Shown here in pieces: positions 11,677 through 22,451 of a stretch of 50,639 nucleotides of DNA. The translations under genes and the position numbers were made by a program. The stretch covers positions 1 to 50,639 of the forward strand of contig JAUCBJ010004395.1 in the NCBI GenBank assembly GCA_032718475.1, written 5' to 3'. Origin of the DNA: Nemertoderma westbladi (taxonomy: Eukaryota; Animalia; Xenacoelomorpha). A model generated the notes under the pieces. The model saw only the letters and a list, made by a program, of their open reading frames with translations, searched no databases and had not been told where the DNA came from. The number at the start of each line of letters is the position of its first letter. Positions within the stretch are counted from its first letter, which is position 1.

Positions 11677-12693
11677 ATTGCACCTCTTCCGGCACCTGGA
11701 CTATATATATGAAGGAAGAAGGAAGGGCAGACTGACAGAAGGGCCAATAGCAAAGCAATCTGTTAATGGTGATGGACATAAAAGACAGTTGCAAAGAACT
11801 GGAACTTTATAGCAAGAAGAATAGGATGGGTTATTTGAATTGTTGGGACAAGCACCGACCACTATAATATCTTATTGTTTACATTATTTAATTATTAATA
11901 TTAATATAATTTAGGTTGACTATTTGTATATCAAACTTCCAAGCCTAACAGACAAAAGTGACACAAAGCATCGTAATGCCCTGCCTTTCTTCTTCAATTT
12001 GATATATTATATATTATCAATACCATTTATTTTCGTCAGGTCGAGTAACACAACTTTGAAATAATATTTTACCCAACAGAAATAATACATTGCCAAAAAG
12101 TAAACTTCTTGTATCAGCTGATCGAGCTATTCTAGAATGTAGTGAGCAGATATTGTATTACGATTGCCTTGAATCCCCCAAATTTTTTACAAATCCTAAT
12201 GAGATTGCATGAAATTTGAAACTAGGATAGTTTCACCTCCGTCCTCCATAATATTTGTCTGACTTACCCAGTAAGGAGGAGGGAGGGAGTTGAAACTATG
12301 GGAGTTGAAACTATGGGAGTTGAAACTAACTTTTTAAATTTACTTTTGATGATACTATTTTCGATGGTGTATCGTTTTCTATGCATTTTTCAACATTGAA
12401 GACATGTACAAAATAAGAAAAAACCATAGGGGGGGGGGGGGGGGGGGGGTCCTTGGTTCGTGAATAACGACACTATATTCTAGGACATAGTGTAAATAGT
12501 TGTTTATTAAACCTTGCATTAAACCCAAATTCTATTTTTCATATAGTTATTTTCTTGATGATGCACACTACGGTACTCTTAGCCAAATGATTGAAAATGA
12601 ATAGCTGACATGTTCTAGACATTTTTAGAAAAAGTGGATAAACTAGAAATATTGTCAAAATTTTGTGGAAGTGTCCGCAAGGTGTTTCAGTAC

Positions 12694-14768
12694 CCTCCAA
12701 ATTCCGCAGCCGACGAAAATTTAGTATTGCTGCTCAGAGCATCGCCGGCGCTGCCCTTATAACCGCCGATATTAATCGTATGATTTAGGTAAATGTCGAT
12801 ACTGAAAGTATAGTATTCTGCGAATTGCCTTGTAATTTGTCCGTCATCCCACTCCAAATCAACTCGTAGAACAACATTTCCAAGGTTTGTTAGATTGTAT
12901 ATTTTCGTCAATCCAAGCCAATAATTTCCGTTGGCATTTCCAAAGCCGTTGATGTAATAATTCATGTTGAGATTGAAATCTGTCTTACCGTTAACTCTTC
13001 TCTGTATAACTATCCAAGGTCCACCGTTGTTACTGTCACATCTAACTTTTCCCTGATCAGAGTTGAGACCAAACGTACTGCTATTGATAATGCCGTCTAC
13101 CCATCGCTGGGTTGAGCAAGGATTTACGTAGTTTTCTGGCGTTGCGTTCGGTATGTATATGGACGGTATCGGTATCGACAGTGGTTTATTACATTTATTA
13201 CTGCTCACTACTTTATTCAACCTGCTTACCAATAGTACAGCGTTTCCTGCTACTAGACTTACCACTGCTACTCCCAAAATACCGATGATAATCCACCACC
13301 ATTGGATCCTGTTTTCTATTTCCCCTGCTTCGATTTCTTCTTCCGGTGTTTGTTCTTCATCATCATCTACCCCTACGTCGTCTCCTGCACCATCTACTAC
13401 TTTACCTTCCATTCCTGCACCATCCATTACTTCACCATTGATTACTCCACCATTTACAACTTTACCTTCGACCCTTTCACCATCAACCTCCTTCGTTTTA
13501 GACTCCATTTCATCCATAGGAACACCTTTTTTTTTCTTTAAACCGATCCTCTTCAATCCTGATTGTAAAAATGGGAATTCTATCAAACTATAAGGCATCT
13601 CCAAACGGCGAAATCGATTTCGTTTAATTGGGTAGTCCTTTGCAGTTTCAAAACTATCTAAATAGCTCGAAGACGAAGATGATTCTTCTTCTCCTACATC
13701 GACTCCTGCACCATCTACTACTTTACCTTCCATTCCTGCACCATCCATTAATTTACCTTTGATTACTCCAGCATCTACAACTTTACCTTTGATTACTCCA
13801 GCATCTACTTCTTTACCTTTGATTACTCCGGCATCTACCTCTTTATCTTTAATTACCCCACCATCTACTACTTTACCTTCCATTCCTGCACCATCTACTA
13901 CTTTTCCTTCCATTCCTGCACCATCCATTACTTCACCTTTGATTACTCCACCATTTACAACTTCACCTTTGATTACTCCACCATCTACAACTTTACCTTT
14001 GATTACTCCACCATCTACTACTTTACCTTCCATTTCTTCACCATCCATTAATTTACCTTTGATTACTCCAGCATCTACTTCTTTACCTTTGATTACTCCA
14101 GCATCTACTTCTTTACCTTTGATTACTCCAGCATCTACTTCTTTACCTTTGATTACTCCAGCATCTACAACTTTACCTTTGATTACTCCAGCATCTACAA
14201 CTTTACCTTTGATTACTCCAGCATCTACAACTTTACCTTTGATTACTCCAGCATCTACAACTTTACCTTTGATTACTCCAGCATCTACAACTTTACCTTT
14301 GATTACTCCAGCATCTACAACTTTACCTTTGATTACTCCAGCATCTACAACTTTACCTTTGATTACTCCAGCATCTACTTCTTTACCTTTGATTACTCCA
14401 GCATCTACAACTTTACCTTTGATTACTCCAGCATCTACTAATTTACCTTTGATTGCTCCACCAGCTACAACTTTACCTTTGCTTGCTCCAGCTCCACCAC
14501 CTACAACTTTACCTTTGATAGCTCCACCACCTACAACTTTACCTTTGACCCTTTCACCATCAACCTCCTTCGTTTTAGACTCCAATTCATCCACTTTTTT
14601 TTTCTTTATGCCGATCCTCTTCAATCCTGATTGTAAAAATGGGAATTCTATCAAACTATAAGGCATCTCCAAACGGCGAAATCGATTTCGTTTAATTGGG
14701 TAGTCCTTTGCAGTTTCAAAACTATCTAAATAGCTCGAAGACGAAGATGATTCTCCTTCGGATGTCAT
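12694..14768 (-). CDS. Type II membrane fibrinogen-related-domain protein (FIBCD1-like topology) with a long repeat-rich N-terminus; exon 1 (unspliced ORF ends at 12687)
   Basis: No signal peptide; one TM helix WWWIIIGILGVAVVSLVAGNAVLLV. FReD motifs follow: C.....GGPWIVIQRR.NG..DF, Y.NGFG...NYWLGL..I..LT, LRVDLE, AEY..F.I, GYKGSAGDAL..KFS. Confidence 0.85.
13700..14550 (-). repeat. 30-bp coding minisatellite (KGKVVDAGVI)n
   Basis: Unit ctttacctttgattactccagcatctacaa repeated more than 25 times with variants. Confidence 0.95.
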
Positions 14769-15150
14769 TGTCTATGTTTGATCGTATGGTAAACAAGGCC
14801 CGGGCTCTGGGAAACTTATAAAAGTGATAGTATTTCGTTATTATACGCGTTTAGCGTTAAAAGAGCTAAAGAAAACTAACTCAAGTTTTTGAACAAACAA
14901 AATGTGTTATTTATACCACCAGATAGCTGATAAAGATTGGTATGGTATTATTATAATTATGATTGGATATCATTTTAATATTTATAGCCTGATAATAATT
15001 TAATTAAATTTATCATTGAGATTACCAATTCGAAGAACAAAATTGGCGCCTTTTAAACGGAACCGTTTAAATCGAGCTATCTCAAAATCATTACTCAAAT
15101 AATGAATGAGTTAGCTCCTTTTAAACGGTTTGTTTTACAGTTGCTATTTA

Positions 15151-15756
15151 GGCCCGATGCACACATGAGCTTTCATCTTTCATCCCAACTTTCATCTTTC
15201 AAAAGGTCTCAATTCACGCATGAGCTTTCATCTTTCATCATTCAAGTAAATATATTGCCTAGCAACTTAAAATTGTATCTTTATAAACTTTATTTATTTA
15301 CTTTATTTAATTATTTATTATATTGATATATCGTATGTATTTTCTTATAATGTTTTTGAAAATGGATGAAGATATCGCGGCTGGGTTGTTTCCCGACAGT
15401 ATATAATGGATGAGAAAGAAAAGGTGCCAATTTTGGATTCATCCAATTAATCTGAAAAGAGGAACGCATTGAGTTATAGGTACACTTTACTATAGTTAAG
15501 AGAATATGGTAAAAGGTCTTCTATTATAATCGTATAATTGAACACCATGTTTGAGAATGTTCAATATTAAATAATAGTTTTGAAATTGGCAATTTATCAG
15601 AATGGCTAATTCGGTTTTGCAATATAATATATACAAACTGTGCTACTTACTGTACTACAAACGTTATAAAACCATACATGAAGATATTCATCACATCTAA
15701 AAAAATAGAACATTATTATGAAAGGTGAAAGATGAAACTCATGTGTGCATCGGGCC
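15151..15756 (+). mobile_element. Internally deleted PIF/Harbinger-like element
   Basis: TIRs of about 31 bp, GGCCCGATGCACACATGAG(C/T)TTCATCTTTCA, with TTA on the left flank. The internal remnant FWIHPINLKR resembles Harbinger transposase N-termini. Confidence 0.65.
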
Positions 15757-16681
15757 CCATCGGCTGGAATAAATGCGTTTTTCTCAGTTTGATTAAAACC
15801 CAAGTTAGCTCCTTTTTAACGGAAGGCTACGTATTATCTAATACAAACACGAAATATTGTCTGAGACGTTCTGGAATATTTATTGATGTCTTAACAACTA
15901 ATTAAATATGCATTCGAATACGTGAGTAACGATTACCAGTGGTGTAAAAAATCACATTGTCTCGGAGCTGATCAATCTGCAGTTTTAGTCTGCCGCTAGA
16001 GGGCAAATTGTCTGAAAGCGAAAACCTCCATCCTTGCTGTTTATAACTGTTAAACTTAAATTTTGCGAATATTTATTTGACTACAATGGGTTGTGTCTTT
16101 CTGATACTTATCTTAATATGTATAATAAATCTCACATGCTGCAATAAGGCCCCACCTCAGTATACATGTATAGAAGGAACAGATTGCAGGTGGCAGAAAC
16201 AAAACAATCAACGACTATTATGGGGCGAGTCAAAACTGCGAGCCATCAGCGACCTGTTATAATTATACTATGGCTGTTTTCCTAAAGGGGGCGTGTGTGT
16301 TGGAAGCCAATATCAGAACATATAACTAGCCACAGTATAATTAGAATTGTTTACTGAGATGACGTGTAGTTTTGCTGCACGAAGGCCCCCGCTCGTGTTA
16401 ATAGTACTGTAAGTAAAACAACCATAGTAACAAACAGTAAACAGCCAATTCTCCTCCGACCACTGCCCTTTTCTATGGATAGTTTGTGTCGAAATGCGTG
16501 CGGTAAACTGTTACAAAAACAAACTGTTTTGGCTAAGCTTAGCTTGGTAAAGTCAAACCTCCTAATAAAACCTAACAAGTCACGAAGCACAAATCTATAT
16601 TATCTCCATTTACCCGATAATATTGGCTTGTACTCGCTTATTTATCCTAAGCATAAAAAATATATTTTATTTGTTTCCAAG

Positions 16682-16911
16682 TTGTTGACAATCTCAACCT
16701 ACGTTCCGATAAACAGAAGTTTCTCGAGATGTACAACAACACGTTCCTCACTCCACCCCGTTTCAAGTTCGTACCTCACGGCGCAGACCCCACAAAACGT
16801 GTGGAAAACGACGACGCCATAGCATTTCAGTTGAATGTCCGTAAAGACCAACTAAGAGAGCGAATAAACCTGTTGAAGACGGAATGTGATGAAATCAATA
16901 AAACATTACAG
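16682..16911 (+). CDS. SRGAP: srGAP exon (F-BAR extension)
   Basis: ttccaag| acceptor and CAG|gtacat donor. VDNLNLRSDKQKFLEMYNNTFLTPPRFKFVPHGAD matches the srGAP 'VENLD..SDKQRLMEMYNNVF.PP.KF.F.PH.GD' segment. Confidence 0.92.
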
Positions 16912-16929
16912 GTACATAATTATGTGGCT

Positions 16930-16992
16930 GTATCAGTATCAGTATCGTATCAGTATCAGTATCGTATCAGTATCAGTATCAGTATCGTTCAG
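16930..16992. repeat. (ATCAGT)n microsatellite
   Basis: Direct inspection. Confidence 0.85.
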
Positions 16993-17295
16993 TATTGGTT
17001 TCTTTGCAGGATTCAAATTTAAGTTCTACGGAAAATTTTTTATTTATTTTAATTTCGAATGGGAATGCAATAAAACAAATGAATTAAAATGATCACTAAA
17101 GGCGGCAATTATACAATCAGCTGTATTGCATATTCCATAGCGAATACAACAGTTCTAGACGATTAACTTCAGATGAAATTCAATTTAAAATTGCTCCACA
17201 GTTGTTGTCTTGGCAACGGAACTGTTATTATGAATAAATTTATCAGCTAATAGAATAGCACCAAAAATTTTGTGAAATAACAATAACTATTTATT

Positions 17296-17427
17296 ATATT
17301 GTGTATAATGTAGGACTTTATCTCACGCCTGTCCCGAGTGTTAATATTTACACGAACGAGCGGAGCGAGTGAGTGAAATATTGAAACGTGGGACTGAAGT
17401 GAGATAAAGGTACATTATACACAATAT
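17296..17427. repeat. Long imperfect palindrome, probably the end of a non-autonomous DNA element
   Basis: ATATTGTGTATAATGTA..CTTTATCTCAC pairs with GTGAGATAAAG.TACATTATACACAATAT around a central GAGCGGAGCGAG. Confidence 0.7.
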
Positions 17428-18968
17428 GTTGTTTGTTTAATATAAGTTCAATATGCTGTTTTATTGTTAAATTTCTGTATTACTTAACAGGATGTATAAT
17501 ATATAATATTTACTATTTGTTATATTTTATATTTTAATGTTTTGTTCACGATTAACGAACATTTTCTAAAAACAGAATCATTTTTATAAACCAGCAAACA
17601 TGTTCTAGAACAACAATTTAAAAATAACAAAAACTAGCTAGTATATGAATTTTGAACTATTTTAAAAAATGTAATAGAATTATAAAAATAATAGCTTTAC
17701 ATGTTGACGAAAATTAATACTAGCTAATATATAAAAATACCTTATAATAAGCTTTAATAGTATCATAGTATGGTATCTGCAGCTTATAGTTATAGCCTTG
17801 GCCTACGTATAAACTGATTATTTTTGTATTCAATCATTTTGTTAGCTCATTCATCGGACCTCGTAAGACACAAAAATCCCTTCAATTATTATCTAGTACC
17901 GGTAATCACTTGTGATTAATATAAAGTTAAGTTTGGAACATATCCGAGGGGTCAAAAAGCCTAAAAAAGGTAAGAAACCGTTATTGACTTTAAGGACCAT
18001 CCCTTACCACGTTCGCTCGTGTAAAAACTCAATGTAAAGTAAAGCTGACTTTATAAGCAAGATGGTAGCCCTTGTAACAAATGTAATTGATTCATATTCT
18101 TAGAACACTACGAAACGATTGCTGTTAATATAAAACTGTATAATATTTGGTGGAATTCCTCAAATTTAGTAACATGAATTAAATGAGCATTCCAAAGTAT
18201 AAATAATTTGCACTTTCTTTGAGCACTTTTAATAATATTAACGTATCGTCTTAATAACATCAATAATTGAACCATGAGTTAGGCATAGGCACCTAAATTA
18301 ACATGTTATTATCTAAACTAATGCATAATAATTAACCAAAATAATGGTCAATATTGTAATACTTGTAACGCGGGGGGTGGGGGGGGGGGAGTTGTTGAAA
18401 AATGAAAATATGGAAAAATTAAACTTTGTGTTATTTTTAGACTAAAATTTCTACTAGCGGCATATTCCAAGTTTGCATGAATCATTTCAATTTCGATCTA
18501 GAGAAACACCCACACACTGGCCCGGTAAGCTTTAAATATCCTCCTGATAATGATAACAACTCGCACATGTTCGCATCTAATGATTGATTCCTTCTAAATG
18601 GATTCAATAGATTGTATTGTTCAACAATGTCATTCATGTCATCATTAATACTGTAACTGTAAAGTAAATAATAACAGTTGACTGTAACTTTTGTATTTTG
18701 TGACTCGTATCTATTCTAAGACCCTCTCTCTCTCTCTCTCTCATTGGTTGAATGCTGTTGGTTACATTGTGACTTCTGATTGAACCCGTTATTGTTCTAA
18801 TGTTTTATATTTGATAAATAAGATTTGCTACTGACAATAAATAATTCTTCTTTTGGGATCTGACATAGACGCTCATTTATCATTTATATTATGTTTAAGT
18901 AGGTTTTACTAATTGTTTGTAATCACATTATTATTCTATATCACATTATTATTCTTGTTTATTTGTAG

Positions 18969-19130
18969 GCTACAGATTCGGCTATCACTCAAATGGTATC
19001 CCAGGATCAATATGACATGTCGGGTCTATTTAAAGACATATACGACAAACAGAGTGAACCCTTAAACAAAGACGCCATGTTCCTAAAGAGGCGGGCTGAT
19101 CGCTTGGAAACGGATATATTCTATTTGGGG
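18969..19130 (+). CDS. SRGAP: srGAP exon (not in the ORF track)
   Basis: tttgtag| acceptor and GGG|gtatgt donor, 162 nt, phase 0/0. ATDSAITQMVSQDQYDMSGLF...LKRRADRLETDIFYL matches the srGAP 'KRRANQQETEQFYF' segment. Confidence 0.9.
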
Positions 19131-20402
19131 GTATGTGTGTACAGTTAGTACAACTAATAGTAGTGTATACAGTTCAGTAGCATTTATGTACGATACTTCG
19201 AGAACATATCAACGCCGACAGCTTATTTACAAAAGGGTAGAGCCAAATGCTGCTACTTTATTGTCACTCAGAAATACGGTACGGATTTGAAGTTGCACCT
19301 TCTGATTTTAGAGCTATTATGTAAGCAGTTCAGCTGTTCAGGGTACTAAACGAAATACGAAAAAGTTTTCGTTTGTTTCATATTGTCAATTATTTAAGAG
19401 TTGATAAAACAATATATTTAATTTGTACTCAATTTATTGCAGTTCAAAATCATATCATTTATAAATCTGGGCAAATATATTTTTATTTCGATGTCCCAGT
19501 TTAACCTGAAAATACATGGTCACATCTTGATACCACGGCGTCCGGGGGGGGGGGGGGGGCGGCTTCGACGCAATTAAAATTCATCCCTCTCCAGGGGAAA
19601 ATTGACGCAAATTATCTTATTACTCACAAAAAAGGTGTAACCTATTCTATTGACTTTAGTTTATTGTTTTGGTTAGACTAACGAGCCACTGTAACCTGCT
19701 ATTTTCTCTTAATTGGTAATTTAACATTGAGAGGAAATATTAATTGGGGGCAACTAACAGTGCTGTTACTGGCTACAACATGATTGACTTTAATGCGATA
19801 CGGACAACTGTAGTAACTGTATGCATACTTTACTGCGGTTATGGATGCAAATATCATTTTGGGCAATAATATGAAATAAATATTTTCATTACATTCAAAA
19901 GATCTTGATAATATGCGATATAGCATTTGAGCTTAACTTCTCATAAATATTATGTTGTTTAATATAGACCGGTACCGGTAACGTCATTCCTTCAATAATA
20001 TAAATGTAACATCGCATCCAATCTAACTTCCCTGTAGTATCTGACGACGACAATTCAACGACACGTCTGTATGGTTGATGAAAACGACTCATGTATTGCT
20101 AAGACTACTATAATACAGTACTAAGTACTGAAGAAATAGTCGTCGGTCAAAAGCTGATAGGACTATTCTTTAGTATGACTTAGACCTTTATCATATTTAA
20201 ACTTTATATTCTATTAGACAATTTCTAATGAAGTTCGGTACCAGTGTATGTCCGGTAGTTTACTTTCCGATTGTCAATCCGGGACCGGAACATATTGTAG
20301 ACGGAATGCTAAATACAAACAGCATTCTATATAGTTAGTATAATCGGTCAGTACTGCAGTATAGTTCATCGTGACTGACAGGTTGGTGCCGGTACTGCTT
20401 GT

Positions 20403-20750
20403 TTATCCGGCTAAAGGGTTTCGCAACACAAGAATAACCGAGTCGCCTCGTAGGAACAGCTTGCTGATGTAGCGATCTTTGTTCACTGGTTTCGCTTTAG
20501 CTTGGCCCTTCCCTGTCTTCGGTGTCTCAGTCCACATCTCTTTCACGTTTTCGAGGACCATATTACAATGTCGATCGAATGCCTTCACTCTCGCTAATAG
20601 TTTCTTATTGTTCCTGCAGTTGATTAATACCTGGGTGTTGTTCTTCACTGATTGAGTGAGAACACTCAAAGGACCCGTGTTAAACTCCTCCTCCTCGCGT
20701 TTCTCTAACTCTTCTGGCGTCATATCCGCCTTAGGTTTATTTTGCGCCAT
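20403..20750 (-). CDS. SNRPD2: Small nuclear ribonucleoprotein Sm D2, intronless CDS, 115 aa
   Basis: [55 protein letters not shown]...[16 protein letters not shown] is near-identical to SmD2. ATG at 20750. Confidence 0.97.
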   Translation of the reverse strand: MAQNKPKADMTPEELEKREEEEFNTGPLSVLTQSVKNNTQVLINCRNNKKLLARVKAFDRHCNMVLENVKEMWTETPKTGKGQAKAKPVNKDRYISKLFLRGDSVILVLRNPLAG

Positions 20751-22451
20751 TGTGATATTCAATAGTAGTAAAGTAAGCTTCCGAAATAAAGATAACAGTG
20801 GAATAGGCCTAGCCTATAGATAATTCGACTCAAATTTGAGCGAATTCAAATTCACCAAAATTAGAGGGACAGGTTAGCCTTACTAAAACAATATGATAAA
20901 TAAAAACATCCGCTCTAATTGGTTTGCGTACAAGTGATTTCATTCAATGTGCTGGCTAGGCCCTCTAATTGCGAGATAAAACACAAATATTTATTATAGG
21001 GCTGTAGGGCACCGCACCGTCACTGTCCAACTGTCTCTCTAAATAACATAATATAACCAATTTTATATAACTTTACGTGCTCTTCTCACTGACTTCAGGA
21101 CTTGTTCCAACGCCCTAGTTCAACTGGTAGTGATTTTGATGTGGAGCCGAGGCGGAACGGGATGCAGCAAACTTCGCCCGCGAGAAAGCTTCGCCCGCGA
21201 GCAATATTGTTTTGGTTAGAAAAATTCGTATCTGTAAACTGTAACCTATCGTGCCTGTACAGCTGTAATCATCTGCTCCTTTCCCCCAATCGGGCGACGG
21301 TTGGAAGCGGGCTAAGATTTCCCGCGGGCGAAGATTGTACCCAACGAGGCGGAACCGGGATAAACCAAAATAACGGGTTAGCCTACTGAAAAAAAATGTG
21401 TTTTGTAGGCCTATATCTGTATATGGAATGGGTAAAATACAAATTCATTTGTAAAATATACCTAAAAAACGCCCTTTTTGGAGGGTGAAAAAATTGCCTC
21501 CACTAGTCTGCTAGTCCTAGTATGTAGTACGCAAACCAATTATTACCACCCAACAGCCAAGCGATATTAGTTCCTTTGAACGACACTACAGCACTCAGGC
21601 ACTAGCCAGTAGGCCTTTGCAAGAAGTATGACAGATATGACAGTTTGAATTCAATCTTGAGTCTTAGTACTGTAGTACAGTAGTACCGGCAGACCGGTGC
21701 GGTACTGCAGTGCTGTACTGTAGTAGTTAGTATACAAGCGGGTCATTACCGAACACTTTGAAATGGCAGAATGGCTGCGGGGCGGGAAATTCGAATATTT
21801 GCCGGTTAAGTATAGCAGTGTGCGGTATTACTGTATTATGCCTAGGACTATCTGCTATCTAGCTATCTGCTTGATATCTGGATACAGGGATATATCATGG
21901 CCTACTATATATACGGCCTAACAAGCTACTGCGGCCTCTTAAAAAAAAGAGGCCATTATTTACATTCGCAGCATTATTAATTATTGTCCTTATTTGAATA
22001 CAGTAACAATATTATTCATATCCCGCGATGTGGTGCGAGCCATGCAGGTGGAAATCTGAGCATACAAGTACTGTTATGAGTATCAGCGATTGTGGAGCGA
22101 GCCACAAAGACAGCAATCTTAGCATAAAAGCACTACATATTAGTGTTAAGCCTTGTCGTGAAAAATATGGAGTTTAAGTAGAATAGGACAACACCTGTAA
22201 AGACAGACATAAATATGGACACACCAGTTCCATGGACCACCGCTTGATGGCTATTACGTGATTTTTTCAAACTCTTATAAGTCGGTGTATGTATAGAGAT
22301 TCGTTTTATGTGTGGGTATTTTTGAATTTGAAATACCGGTTAAAATAAATAAATGTTGCTAATTATTACTTGTATTACGTGTTAATTATTTATTTGGTCA
22401 ATAATAATTATTATAATAGCACATTACACAGTTCAGCACAATCTAAGATTA

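Larger units (their letters stand above)
7691..12685. mobile_element. TIR-bounded insertion (unclassified DNA transposon remnant) splitting the FReD gene and containing the CRE element
   Basis: 15-bp inverted termini ACACCTTGCGCACAC (7691-7705) and GTGTCCGCAAGGTGT (12671-12685), 14/15 match. No TSD recognised. Confidence 0.5.

Noticed and set aside
8230-11960. TSD or defined target site for the CRE element
   Set aside because: Only short scattered matches (TTGACTA, TATCAAAC, CTAACA) in AT-rich flanks, not enough to call boundaries.
13153-14661. Mucin-like Pro/Thr/Ser ORFs on the + strand
   Set aside because: Antisense shadows of the FReD repeat. The minus frame carries the TM helix and FReD domain.
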